Made by a program: the position numbers and the translations under genes. From an uncultured Bifidobacterium sp. (GTDB taxonomy: Bacteria > Verrucomicrobiota > Verrucomicrobiia > Limisphaerales > JADLHS01), in contig CAZQNQ010000003.1 in the NCBI GenBank assembly GCA_964594985.1, forward strand, positions 81,446 to 145,445: a stretch of DNA of 64,000 nucleotides, given 5' to 3'. The notes under the pieces were generated by a model that saw only the letters and a list, made by a program, of their open reading frames with translations, had not been told where the DNA came from and searched no databases. Each line of letters begins with the position of its first letter. The first letter of the stretch is position 1. This document shows positions 26,673-36,721 of the stretch, piece after piece.

Positions 26673-28082
26673 TCAGACGTTCGCCAGCCGTCCGGTGGAA
26701 TCGCCGAAACGCTCCAGCCCGCGCACGCCCATGCGATCGGCCAGACTGAGAAACAAGTTGCTCGTCGGCTTCGAACCATGCTTGATGAAACGCCCCGGCG
26801 TCAATGTCCCGCCACCGCCACCCGCGAGCACCATGGGCAGGTTGGTGTGCGAATGCGCGTTGCCATCGGCATTGCCACTGCCGTAAACGATCATCGAGTT
26901 TTCGAGCAGCGACTTGCCGTCCACATCCGGCGTGTCCCGCAAGCGTTCGAGGAAGTGGGCGAACTGTTTCGCATACCAGAGATCAATATCCGAGAGCTTC
27001 TGAATCCACTCCTGGTTGTTGCGATGATGCGAGAGGTCGTGATGGCCTTCGGGAATACCGATCTCGGCGAACGAACGATTGCTGCCATCGTGCGCCAGCA
27101 GCATCGTCGCCACGCGCGTCGAATCGGTCTGGAACGCCAGCACCAGCGTGTCGAACATCAGTTGGATATGCTCCGCGTACGTCGGCGGAATACCGGGCGG
27201 CGTGTCTTGCGCTGGATTCTTCGGGTCGCCGAGCTTTTCCGCCCGTTGAATCCGCGCCTCCAGTTCGCGCACGCCGGTGAGGTATTGATCCAGCTTGTCC
27301 TTGTCCGGCGCGTTCAAACGCCGCTGCATGTCGCGCGCGTCCTCCATCACGAAGTCCAGGATGGAGCGTTGTTCCGCCCGGCGCCGCTGCAATTCCTTTA
27401 TCCGCTCCTCCGTTGAACCAGCGCCGAACAACCGCTCGAACACCTGCCGCGGATTCGCCTCGGGCGTCATCGGCGTGGTCGGCGAACTCCACGAGACGTT
27501 GTATTGATACGCGCAGGAATAGCCGGAATCGCACGCGCCGGTGTTGCGCCCGGCGTCGCAGGTCAGTTCCAGCGAAGACAAACGCGTGAGATGCCCGACC
27601 TCGCGCGCGATGGCCTGATCAATCGAAATGCCGGCGCGGACATTCGTCGCGCTCTTCTTCATGCGCACCCCGGTGAGGAACGTGCCGTTGGCCCGGGCGT
27701 GATCGCCCGCGCCATCCGGACCGGCGGCGGCGTTGACATGGTCAAGCCCACCCAAAACCTGGATGTGTTGCCGGACCGATTCGAGTGGCTGCAGCGTGCG
27801 GCTCAAATCAAAGCCCGTCTCGTTACCCTTCGGCCACCACGCGGACTGGATCGCGCCGTTCGGAAAATAGAGAAACGCCGTGCGCAAGGGCGCCCCACTG
27901 GCGGTCGTCGCCAGTTTGGCAGCGCCCCCCCCAACCAGCGTTGCGAGCGAACGCACCGGCAGCAGCGATTCAAACGCCGGGAGCGCGATGCACGCCCCGA
28001 GGCCACGAAGAAAATTCCGGCGCGTGAACGCCGCGTGGCGCTGCGCATTCCGTTGGCTGGATTGAGATGTTGTTGTGTTCAT
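26673..28082 (-). CDS. DUF1552 (HXXSHH) family protein with TAT signal
   Basis: 469 aa with RRNFLRGLGACIALPAFESL at the N-terminus, HHDLSHH (the H-x-x-S-H-H signature) and NLPMVLAGGG. Its start overlaps the upstream gene's stop by 4 nt. Confidence 0.85.
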   Translation of the reverse strand: MNTTTSQSSQRNAQRHAAFTRRNFLRGLGACIALPAFESLLPVRSLATLVGGGAAKLATTASGAPLRTAFLYFPNGAIQSAWWPKGNETGFDLSRTLQPLESVRQHIQVLGGLDHVNAAAGPDGAGDHARANGTFLTGVRMKKSATNVRAGISIDQAIAREVGHLTRLSSLELTCDAGRNTGACDSGYSCAYQYNVSWSSPTTPMTPEANPRQVFERLFGAGSTEERIKELQRRRAEQRSILDFVMEDARDMQRRLNAPDKDKLDQYLTGVRELEARIQRAEKLGDPKNPAQDTPPGIPPTYAEHIQLMFDTLVLAFQTDSTRVATMLLAHDGSNRSFAEIGIPEGHHDLSHHRNNQEWIQKLSDIDLWYAKQFAHFLERLRDTPDVDGKSLLENSMIVYGSGNADGNAHSHTNLPMVLAGGGGGTLTPGRFIKHGSKPTSNLFLSLADRMGVRGLERFGDSTGRLANV

Positions 28083-30664
28083 GGCTTTGGTCGCACATCG
28101 GCTCGTTGTTGGGCTGGCTTGCCCGGCTGGCCCGGTTCGTTTTTCTCTGGCGGGCGCATCCGCTGAAACGCCGCCGACTCCACCACCCCCGCGATCAACG
28201 CCGAGGGCCGTCCGTTCGCGGCGTCGAGGCGGGCTTCAATCTGGTCGCACGTCTCCACATCGTAATACTCCAGCCCGCGACCCAGGGCATAGGTTAACAG
28301 TTTTTCCGTCACAGTGCGGTAAAAATCCTTGTAATGATTTTTGACGAGGACGCGCTTCAATTCCCGCACGTCGCTGAATGTTTCGCCCGTGATCAGCTTG
28401 CCGGTGGCATCAATCGGCTCGTTGTATTCTAATTCGCGCCACATGCCCATTGCGTTGAAGTTCTCAAACGCCAGTCCGATCGGGTCCATCCGATTGTGAC
28501 AGGACGCGCACAACGCATTCTCCCGATGCGCCGCGAGCGTTTCGCGTAATGACGGCGCGCGATTGGTCAACCCTTTCACGGCGTCTTCCAAAGGCGGGAT
28601 ATCCGGTGGCGGTGGCGGTGGCGGCGTGCCGAGGATGTTGTCGAGGACGAACACCCCGCGCTTGACCGGCGACGTACGGGTCGGGTTCGAGGTCACACCC
28701 AGCACCGTGCCCTGCGTCAAGATTCCCCCGCGTGGACTGTCAGCGCTCAACTTCACCAAACGCATCTCAGCGCCGCTGACGTTGGGAATGCCATAGTGTG
28801 CCGCCAGCTTCTCGTTCAGGAAGGTATAATCCGCATCCAGCAACTCCAACAGACTGCGGTCTTCGCGCAAGACATAGTTGAAGGACTTCTCCGTCTCCAG
28901 CCGCATGGCGACCCGCAGCTCACCGCTCATTTCCGCGCGCAAGGGACGACGAGCGCGTCCGACAAATTGGCCCCGGAGGCGATCCCGTTCTTCCTTCTCG
29001 TCGGTGGTAAGTTCCACCAACTCCGCTTTCTTCTTCAATTCCTCAAATCGTTTCCGATTGCGGGCAGCCTCAGCGTCAAACTTTTCCTCCCGCGCCAGAA
29101 CAAAACGCGCTTCGATGGGCACGTTTTCAATATCCCGGGCCCGCAGCCACTGGCCGACGAAATTTTGGATGAACGCCTGGGATTTCTCATCCTGCAACAG
29201 GCGTTGCACCTGGGCGGCAAGGTTTTTCCGCAACTCACCCTTTTCCGCGAGCCGCAGCAATTCCGCGTCCGGCATGGACGACCACAGGAAATAGGACAAC
29301 CGCGACGCAAGGGAAAACTCGTCCACGAACGGATACGCGCCATCGCCCGGGACGTTCTCAGCCCGCTCCTCGCGGAACAAAAAACGTGGCGACGCCAGCA
29401 CCGCCACCATCGCCTGCGACACCCCGGCTTCAAAAGTTTTGCCAGACTGCCCATAAACGCTCTCCGCCAGGGTCACAAGCCGGTCCAAGGTTTTATCATC
29501 CGCCGGTCGCCGGAACGCCGACCGCGCAAACTCGCTCAACAACTCCCGGGCATAAGCGCGTCGTCCCTTGGCATCGTCGGGAACTTTCTTGGGGAAAAAT
29601 TTCGGGTAGTTCTTCGGCTGCACCCAATGCGCTTGCGCCAGCGGCCCGCTGACTTTCACCGCAGTGATCTGCATGGAAAGCGAACGCGTCTGCGCCTCAT
29701 CCGGCGTCAACGGCTCCAGTTCGAAGGAAAGTTCATGCTCGCCCGCCGCCCAATCCACGTCGTAGGTGTAATTCAACGCCCTGCCCCCTTCCCACGCGTA
29801 TTCGCCCCGCAACAGCTCCTTCCCATCCACCCGGAAGGTCAGGCGACACTTGTTCAGGTCCACCACGTTGTCCACGTAACGCTCGTTGATCATCAGCGCG
29901 ACGGACAACTGATACTTGCCGGCCAGATCGGCTTTGAACATGTTCGCGACCGCCGCCGGTTGGTAGTAGGACAACTGCAAAGCGTTGTTCCGCCGGCGTG
30001 GTCGTCCGTTAAGTTCTTCCTCCGTTTCCGTGCCGCTTCGGAACTGGCGGCCGGGCACAACCCGGTCCCGCACGACGCGGGAAACGCTGGGCACGGCCTC
30101 GGTCACGATCTTGTTGGCGGCGAGAACATACTTTTCCAGGAGCATCGGCGACAGCGTGAGGACATCTCCGATGTTATCGAACCCATGTCCGGTGTCGTCG
30201 GCCGGGAAAACGGTCGCGGTATCAAAATCCACCCCCAACAGATCGCGGATGGTGTTTTGATACTCGACCCGGTTCAGTCGGCGGATGGTGACGCGCCCAG
30301 GATCGGGATTCTGGGGATTGGCGGCGAAGACGGAGCGTTTGATCCACTGTTCGAGGCGTTCCTTTTCCTCGGGTGTGGGCTGGGATTTCTTCTGTGGCGG
30401 CATCAAACCCGCCCGCAAATTCTTCAACACCTGCCACCACAAGTCGTGGTCGGCCAGCGCGGCGGCATCAGATTTGAATTCGTCGAAAGCGACATTGCCC
30501 TTGTTGGCGCCGTCCGCGTGACAATCGAAGCAATAATTCTCCAGCAGCGGCCGGATGTCTTTGCGGAACTCGGTTGCCCCACGCTGATCGGCGGCAAAAG
30601 CCGTCGCGCCCGTCCCTGCGCAGACGGTTAAAGCGGCGGTAAATATGAGGCGGAACAAACTCAC
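28079..30664 (-). CDS. DUF1592/DUF1588/DUF1585-type protein with two CxxCH motifs (Planctomycete-cytochrome-like)
   Basis: 861 aa with a signal peptide. Motifs: CFDCHADGANKGNVAFDEF, CASCHNRMDPIGLAFENF, and C-terminal LLTYALGRGLEYYD. It is the usual partner of DUF1552 genes. Confidence 0.8.
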   Translation of the reverse strand: MSLFRLIFTAALTVCAGTGATAFAADQRGATEFRKDIRPLLENYCFDCHADGANKGNVAFDEFKSDAAALADHDLWWQVLKNLRAGLMPPQKKSQPTPEEKERLEQWIKRSVFAANPQNPDPGRVTIRRLNRVEYQNTIRDLLGVDFDTATVFPADDTGHGFDNIGDVLTLSPMLLEKYVLAANKIVTEAVPSVSRVVRDRVVPGRQFRSGTETEEELNGRPRRRNNALQLSYYQPAAVANMFKADLAGKYQLSVALMINERYVDNVVDLNKCRLTFRVDGKELLRGEYAWEGGRALNYTYDVDWAAGEHELSFELEPLTPDEAQTRSLSMQITAVKVSGPLAQAHWVQPKNYPKFFPKKVPDDAKGRRAYARELLSEFARSAFRRPADDKTLDRLVTLAESVYGQSGKTFEAGVSQAMVAVLASPRFLFREERAENVPGDGAYPFVDEFSLASRLSYFLWSSMPDAELLRLAEKGELRKNLAAQVQRLLQDEKSQAFIQNFVGQWLRARDIENVPIEARFVLAREEKFDAEAARNRKRFEELKKKAELVELTTDEKEERDRLRGQFVGRARRPLRAEMSGELRVAMRLETEKSFNYVLREDRSLLELLDADYTFLNEKLAAHYGIPNVSGAEMRLVKLSADSPRGGILTQGTVLGVTSNPTRTSPVKRGVFVLDNILGTPPPPPPPDIPPLEDAVKGLTNRAPSLRETLAAHRENALCASCHNRMDPIGLAFENFNAMGMWRELEYNEPIDATGKLITGETFSDVRELKRVLVKNHYKDFYRTVTEKLLTYALGRGLEYYDVETCDQIEARLDAANGRPSALIAGVVESAAFQRMRPPEKNEPGQPGKPAQQRADVRPKP

Positions 30665-30704
30665 GCGAATCGGTCAACCGGCGGCCTGAAACACACACGG
30701 CGCA

Positions 30705-31910
30705 TCAGCTTGATCGCCGCATCGTTTCCAGGCACGCTCTTGAGACGTGATACGGACCTTTCCATTCACTGACTTTTGGTAATTTTGCATCGGGCGTTCC
30801 GTCCGCGTTGATGCGCCAGAACCATTCGCCGTGAACCCGGTCAATCAGATGCCGTTCAACGTAATCCCAGACACGTTCCGCGGCGACGACATATTTGGGT
30901 TCCCCGCTGAGTTGAAAGGCATTGAGGAAACCCACGATGGCCTCCGCCTGCGGCCAACATTCGCGCCCGGCATCAATGATCTGGCCCGCCTTGCCTTCGT
31001 AACAAAGCCCGCCGTCGGCCAACACGCCTTCCGCCAGAACCTTGTCGGCCATCTGCAATGCGACCGCCCGGGCTCGCGCCAGTAGCGTGGGATCATCGAG
31101 AACTTCAGCCGCTTCGCACAAAAGCCAACTCGCTTCGATGTCGTGACCGAAGGTGTAGGTGTCCGAACGCACCGCCCATTCCTCGTTGAAGAAGTGGTGC
31201 AGATGCCCGGTCCGCGCATCAAGAATCCGGTCCAGGAAAAGTTGGACGAGTTCGTGGAGGCGTTGTTCGACGGCGGGATGCTGCGTCGCGCGATACAGAT
31301 TTGTATAAGCTTCGAGAACGTGAAGATGATTGTTCATGGACTTCTTCTCGTTCAGGTCCTTCTCGCTGAGCCGGGCGTCCGGCCCGGCCTCCGACCAGTC
31401 GCGCCGGCAAACCTCGCTGTAGCCGCCGAACTCGCCGTCATGCGCGTGTTTCTCGATCAACTCGAACAAGGTCAGCGCCCGATGCAACGCCCCCTCCGAC
31501 TTGAACGCCCGATGAAATTCCGTCAGGGCGTAGATGTAAAACGCCTGGCCGTAGATTTTCTTCGCGTCGTCCAGGACTTTGCCGGAATCATCCAGGCGCC
31601 AGAACGCACCGCCGTGCTGGGCATCCCAGAAGCGATTGATGAGGTAATCAAAGGCGCGATTGGCCATTTTGCGAAACGGCGGTTTTGGCTGCGCCTGATA
31701 AACCGCCGAGAACGCCCAGAGAATGCGGGCGTGGACGATGAGTCCTTTGGGCTGCGAACGGTCGGGTTGCAGATCGTTCGAAAGCCAGGCCATCCAGCCG
31801 CCATTGACGTGGTCCACCGCCGGCCCGCACCAGAACGGCATGAGGTGGCCGAACAGATGTTGCCGGAGCTTGGCAGCGAGGTCACTGTTGGCGATGGCTG
31901 GGGACGACAT
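30705..31910 (-). CDS. AGE-superfamily epimerase (N-acylglucosamine 2-epimerase fold), cellobiose/mannobiose 2-epimerase candidate
   Basis: The likely start is MSSPAIAN at 31910; the track start at 31949 runs into a REP element. Motifs: SMNNHLHVLEAYTNLY, GHDIEASWLL, CWPQAEAIVG, WKGPYHVSRACLE. Confidence 0.8.
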   Translation of the reverse strand: MSSPAIANSDLAAKLRQHLFGHLMPFWCGPAVDHVNGGWMAWLSNDLQPDRSQPKGLIVHARILWAFSAVYQAQPKPPFRKMANRAFDYLINRFWDAQHGGAFWRLDDSGKVLDDAKKIYGQAFYIYALTEFHRAFKSEGALHRALTLFELIEKHAHDGEFGGYSEVCRRDWSEAGPDARLSEKDLNEKKSMNNHLHVLEAYTNLYRATQHPAVEQRLHELVQLFLDRILDARTGHLHHFFNEEWAVRSDTYTFGHDIEASWLLCEAAEVLDDPTLLARARAVALQMADKVLAEGVLADGGLCYEGKAGQIIDAGRECWPQAEAIVGFLNAFQLSGEPKYVVAAERVWDYVERHLIDRVHGEWFWRINADGTPDAKLPKVSEWKGPYHVSRACLETMRRSS

Positions 31911-31935
31911 GATGGGATTCGGAATAATTGGATAA

Positions 31936-32138
31936 ACGCCCGCCCTCACCCCGACCCTCTCCCCCGGGGAGAGGGAGAATCGGAATCCGCTGCCGGGCGA
32001 ATTGCGCAGCGCTATGACTGCGGGCGACTCCAGAATCTGTCAGCAAAACGACGGAGCATTGCAAACCCGTGATGAATCTGGAGAGGCGCGCGAAGACTCC
32101 TCCCTCTCCTGGGGGAGAGGGCCGGGGTGAGGGCGGGC
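31936..32138. repeat. inverted pair of GC-rich REP-like elements
   Basis: CGCCCGCCCTCACCCCGACCCTCTCCCCCGGGGAGAGGGAG (31936..31976) and its near-perfect reverse complement (32097..32138). Each contains its own hairpin, CCCTCTCC..GGAGAGGG. Confidence 0.85.
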
Positions 32139-32193
32139 CAAACCACAAACTGATTACAACCTGTTTCATGGGGCCAAAAATAAACTCAGCGTT

Positions 32194-34011
32194 TTACTCG
32201 TATTCAATCTCCACCCGGCTGATCTGCGTTTCTTTCTCGAAGGCGATACTCAGGCCGGAAACTTCTCCGGGTAAAACGTCGAGCGTGTAGAGGCGCGGCG
32301 CGCGGTAATTGTAGAGTTCTTTGCCGGCGAAAAAAGTTTCCGAACGGGCCGCGAGCTTTTCTCCTTTGATACCGTCAACCCCCGCGTGGAATTGCAAGCC
32401 CGCCTCGCCCTTCTCGTCAAACGCGTACACCCGCACCGCTTTGATCTTGCCGGTGATCTGATAGGCGATCCACGTGCCGTTCGTGCCCCACAGACGATGG
32501 CAATCTTCCTTGTAGTTGCGCGCGTCGTTGCTGCGCAACTCCACCTTGCCGTCCTTGCGATAGATCAGGAACGTATTTTGAAATTCATCTACGAGCGTAC
32601 GACAGCGCATCGTCACCGGGCCGAAAACTTTGGACGGCGCGGACAAACCCGCCTCGTTGCGGGCGAGCAACCGATAGAAATACGTCCGCCCAGCCTGCGT
32701 GAATTCATCCACCGCCAGCGGCTGATATTGGGTTACGTCAGCGGTGACCTGCCAAACCAGGGTCTGCCACGGACCGCCGGCTTGGTCCGCCCGTTGCAGA
32801 TCATAACTCGCCGCACCGGTTGCGCCACGCCAGGTCGCGATGCCGCCATCGGTCACGCTGAACAAATCGGGCGCGACGGGAACTTCCAAAAGTGGCGCAG
32901 GCTTGCCTTGAATCTCAAAAGCTTTTGCCCGCACCAGCTTCATGAAGCGGGCTTCGTCATAGGCCGCGCCCGCCGGACCGCCGGGCCAGTGATAGGCTTT
33001 GAAGAAATCGCCACCATGCGGCTCGTGATGCCAATAGTAACCCCCATCGCTGTTGTGAAACCGCAGCGACCACATCAAGCCGCCGCAAATGTCGGGATCG
33101 GCGATGATCGCATCCATAATGGCGCGCATGCCCTCCGTGGAAATGAAACCGAACTCGCCGACGAGATAAACCTTTTTGCCCTTGGCGCGTTGCGCACTCT
33201 CCCGGATGACGGGAAGCATCTTCGCCGGGTCGCCCTGATAAAGATGATCCTGCACGATGTCCACGCCGGGATTATCTGCGGCGGTGAAATAACTTTCCGC
33301 CACGAGTTGCTTCGGCGCGAGTTGTTTCACATACGGCGCCATCTCGCGCACCCAGGCGGCGGGGGCTTTGAGTTCATTGCCCAACTCCCAGGCGAGCACG
33401 GCTTTGTCCTCCTTGTAAGGAACGCCGGTCTTGGTGTTCACGCGATTCAACACCAGCGCGACGATGGCCTTGTAATCCTCCTTCACCTGCGCGTCGGTGA
33501 AAAACTCCTCCGCCTTCTTGCCACGCCAGGCGGCGATTTCGCCGATGCCGCCCCACCAGTTCCATTGATCCACAAACGGAATGATGAGTCGCACGCCATG
33601 CCGGTTCGCGCTGGCCATTACTTCATCCAACACGACCATCGCCTCCTCGTTCAGTTTACCCGGCCCGAGGATGTGGCGCGGCATTCCAACGGGATCGTTC
33701 GTCTTGGCGACAGATAAAACATACGAACGCGCAACGCGACCGCCCATCTGCTGGATGGTCGCGAGGGCGTCATTGATTTCAAAGGTCGTCGGCCAGCGAA
33801 AACTGTTCACCTGAGTGAAGCGCATGTCGTCCTCGGTGTAGGTGAGATTCGGGATGTTGAAGGAGAGAAAGCGGAAGGGCTGTGAGCCTTCATAGAGCCG
33901 GCCATCACGGGCGTTGATGAAGTGCTCGAAGGCGTAGCCGGGCAATGCGACGGATAGGACTAATGCGACAAATAGCGGTGCATGCCAACGAATGTGTCTT
34001 GTGCGTCCCAT
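32194..34011 (-). CDS. secreted GH5-like (clan GH-A) glycoside hydrolase with Fn3-like and CBM-like C-terminal domains
   Basis: The likely start is MGRTRHIRW at 34011 (the track start at 34044 overlaps the symporter gene). Motifs: LAWELGNELKAP (acid/base), YLVGEFGFIS (nucleophile). Fn3-like segment: ...TYFYRLLARNEAGLS. Confidence 0.75.
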   Translation of the reverse strand: MGRTRHIRWHAPLFVALVLSVALPGYAFEHFINARDGRLYEGSQPFRFLSFNIPNLTYTEDDMRFTQVNSFRWPTTFEINDALATIQQMGGRVARSYVLSVAKTNDPVGMPRHILGPGKLNEEAMVVLDEVMASANRHGVRLIIPFVDQWNWWGGIGEIAAWRGKKAEEFFTDAQVKEDYKAIVALVLNRVNTKTGVPYKEDKAVLAWELGNELKAPAAWVREMAPYVKQLAPKQLVAESYFTAADNPGVDIVQDHLYQGDPAKMLPVIRESAQRAKGKKVYLVGEFGFISTEGMRAIMDAIIADPDICGGLMWSLRFHNSDGGYYWHHEPHGGDFFKAYHWPGGPAGAAYDEARFMKLVRAKAFEIQGKPAPLLEVPVAPDLFSVTDGGIATWRGATGAASYDLQRADQAGGPWQTLVWQVTADVTQYQPLAVDEFTQAGRTYFYRLLARNEAGLSAPSKVFGPVTMRCRTLVDEFQNTFLIYRKDGKVELRSNDARNYKEDCHRLWGTNGTWIAYQITGKIKAVRVYAFDEKGEAGLQFHAGVDGIKGEKLAARSETFFAGKELYNYRAPRLYTLDVLPGEVSGLSIAFEKETQISRVEIEYE

Positions 34012-34015
34012 AAAG

Positions 34016-35881
34016 CTAAGTCGTCGCTTTCTCCAGCTTGTCATACCAGTTGAATTTTATGAACAGCGACGTGACCGCCAGCAGCACCGCGATGCCGCCC
34101 GCCCAACTCCATTTGTGCAGCACGATGTAGATCGGCAGCGTGACCAGACAGAGTTGCCAGACGATGCCGACGCCGACATTGAGCATATCGCGGGCGAAAT
34201 TGTGGTTGGGTTGAAAGCTTGGATCTTCCGCGATCACCTTGGCGCGGATCGGCCCCCAGCAACCCCACGGATTTACCGTCTTGTAGAACTTCATCAGCAC
34301 CGTGTCGTCTTCCGGTTTCGTCAGCAGCGTGCCCGCGATGCAACCAATGACCGAGCAACCCAGCACGAACGGAAACAGATAGAGCGTGTTGCTGACGCTG
34401 TGGCCGAGGATCATTTTGGCGAAGCCGGGGAAGAACGGCGATTCCGGCACGAGCATCGCGCTGAGAATGCCGGTCATCATGCCCCAGAAATAACCGTAGC
34501 CGTTGAACCGCCACCAATACCACTTGAGCACGTTCGCCATCACGTAGCCGCCATACAATCCGCCGACGAGCCACATCATGACCTCGGTGATGCTCTTCGA
34601 GAAAATCCCGAAGCCAATCCCGATGACAAGGAACACGAGCGACACGATGCGGCTCAGGGCGACTTCCTTTTTGCCGCCGGCGTTGGCGTTGATGAAACGT
34701 TTGTAGATGTCGTTCACCACGTAGGCCGGCGCGGCGTTGAGCGTGGCCGCGAAGTTGGACATGAACGCCGCCGCCAGGCCCGCGAGCAGGAAGCCCACGA
34801 CGCCGGTCGGGATGTATTGCAACACGTTTGGCAGAATCTTCTCGAAGTCCGGTTTCGCCTGCGCCTGCAACTCCGGCATACAAAACGCCAGCGCCAGCAC
34901 GGTGATGCCCGCAATCATCATGTAACGCGGAAACATCAGCACCAACGTCACCATGCCGTTCATCAGGCAGGCCTCGCGCGGGTTGCGCGTGGCGAGAATC
35001 CGTTGCATGTCGTAGTTCGGCGCGGGTCCGGCGAGACTGGCGAGCACGCCCTTGAAAAACATCAGGCCAAAAATGATCGAGAAGAATTCGTTGCCATCCG
35101 CTTTGATCGCCGCGTTGGCGGTGTTGAGGATGCCGTCCCAATTCAACTCCAGCGTCTTGCCGAAGAATGGATTCAACCAGCCTTCGGGAATCTTGTTGGC
35201 GATCATCTCGGGACTGACCTTGAGGATGGCGATGACGCCGATGGTGAGCGCCGTGAGCGTGAGGATGGTGAACTGCAACACCTCCGTGATGACGACGCTG
35301 ACCATGCCGCCCTTGATCGCATAGAGCGCGGTGAGACCCATGAGGATCATCGCGTAGATATTGTCATCGGTGAACACGCCCGTGGTCGCATCCGTGAAAT
35401 GCCACGGCAACAATCCCGAGGCGAACTTGCCAATCCCCTTGAACGCGTAAGCCAGCAAGCCGATGACGTTGATGAGCGCAAAGAACACCACGCTCAAGTG
35501 GGCGAGGGTCGCGCCGCGATCAGTGCCGAAGCGCGTCTGCATCCATTGCGCGCCGGTGAGGACATTCGAACGCCGCAGCCACGCGCTGAGGAACATCATC
35601 AGGAAAATCTGGTTGAACGTCGGCCAGACCCACGGCAGCCAGATGCTTTTCAACCCGTAAAGGAAAAGCACCGCCACCAGCCACATCGTGCCGCTGATGT
35701 CGAACATGCCCGAGGCGTCGGAGACGCCGAGCGTGTACCACTTCATGGATTTGCCGCCGAGAAAATAGGAATCCAGATCCTTCGCCCCGCGCCGCGACAC
35801 CCATAGGCCGACCACGATGACGATCAGGAAATAACCGAGAATGATGAGAACGTCGGGGGTGTGGAGTTTCATGCGAACCAA
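34016..35881 (-). CDS. sodium:solute symporter (SSF) family transporter
   Basis: 621 aa with about 13-14 hydrophobic segments. The N-terminal ILGYFLIVIVVGLWVSRRGAKDLDSYFLGGKSM is typical of SSF sugar symporters. Confidence 0.9.
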   Translation of the reverse strand: MVRMKLHTPDVLIILGYFLIVIVVGLWVSRRGAKDLDSYFLGGKSMKWYTLGVSDASGMFDISGTMWLVAVLFLYGLKSIWLPWVWPTFNQIFLMMFLSAWLRRSNVLTGAQWMQTRFGTDRGATLAHLSVVFFALINVIGLLAYAFKGIGKFASGLLPWHFTDATTGVFTDDNIYAMILMGLTALYAIKGGMVSVVITEVLQFTILTLTALTIGVIAILKVSPEMIANKIPEGWLNPFFGKTLELNWDGILNTANAAIKADGNEFFSIIFGLMFFKGVLASLAGPAPNYDMQRILATRNPREACLMNGMVTLVLMFPRYMMIAGITVLALAFCMPELQAQAKPDFEKILPNVLQYIPTGVVGFLLAGLAAAFMSNFAATLNAAPAYVVNDIYKRFINANAGGKKEVALSRIVSLVFLVIGIGFGIFSKSITEVMMWLVGGLYGGYVMANVLKWYWWRFNGYGYFWGMMTGILSAMLVPESPFFPGFAKMILGHSVSNTLYLFPFVLGCSVIGCIAGTLLTKPEDDTVLMKFYKTVNPWGCWGPIRAKVIAEDPSFQPNHNFARDMLNVGVGIVWQLCLVTLPIYIVLHKWSWAGGIAVLLAVTSLFIKFNWYDKLEKATT

Positions 35882-36051
35882 GAGGTCAACTGCGGCAACG
35901 AAGGAAGTTGCCGGCGCGGGACCGAGTGTGTCCGGGTGTTAGCGATGGAACAATTTACCCGTTCGCAACGCGCCCCGGCATGTCGTCAAAACTCACCACA
36001 GCAAGCCGGCGGCCGAAAGCCGAAGCCGGTTGAAGCGATTCCCACTCCGCC

Positions 36052-36690
36052 TCATCCCGCCGAGTATTCCGCGCGATGCTTGGCCACCGCTTCAATCCGG
36101 CTGCGCACGTGCATCTTCTGGCAGATGTTTTTGACGTAAGTGCGCACGGTTTCGACGCCGATGTTCAGTTGATCGCCAATCTCCTTGTAGAGATAACCGG
36201 AGGCCAGCAATGACAACACCTGTTGCTCGCGCGGGGAAAGATTATCCGACTCCACCGGGGCCGGACCGATGAGATGAAAGTGCTGCACCACTTTGCGGGC
36301 GATGTGGCCGGACATCGGCGCCCCGCCGGCGAAGACGTCGCGGATGGCGTCAATCAATTGCTCGGGCGGCCCGGATTTCACGAGGTAGCCGCTCGCCCCG
36401 GCCTTGAGCGCCTTGAAGATGCGTTCACTGTCCTCATAGATCGTCACCATGATGACCTGGACCTCGGGCAGGAGTTTCTTGAGTTCGGCGACACATTGGA
36501 TGCCGGACATCTTCGGCAGCTTGATGTCCATCAACACCACGTCGGGACTCTTGGCGGGGATTTTTTCCAAGGCGTCCTCGGCCGAATTGCACACGGCGAC
36601 GCACTGGATGTCCTTGATGTTCTCGAGAATCTGCAACAATTGCTCGCGCAGTCTCGGATCATCTTCCACCACGGCTACGGTCTTCTTCAT
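36052..36690 (-). CDS. NarL/FixJ-family response regulator
   Basis: 212 aa with VAVVEDDP, VLMDIKLPKMSG and LSPREQQVLSLLASGYLYKEIGDQLNIGVETVRTYVKNICQKM. Paralogue of 6432..7118. Confidence 0.9.
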   Translation of the reverse strand: MKKTVAVVEDDPRLREQLLQILENIKDIQCVAVCNSAEDALEKIPAKSPDVVLMDIKLPKMSGIQCVAELKKLLPEVQVIMVTIYEDSERIFKALKAGASGYLVKSGPPEQLIDAIRDVFAGGAPMSGHIARKVVQHFHLIGPAPVESDNLSPREQQVLSLLASGYLYKEIGDQLNIGVETVRTYVKNICQKMHVRSRIEAVAKHRAEYSAG

Positions 36691-36721
36691 AAAATCAATT
36701 TTGGTTCGTGCCTTGCATCAA

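Noticed and set aside
31882-32290. ORFs 31882..32169 and 32069..32290 encoding PSPRPSPPGEGG / GGEGRGEGG peptides
   Set aside because: They are translations of the inverted REP-like pair. The same peptide-like strings arise on both strands.
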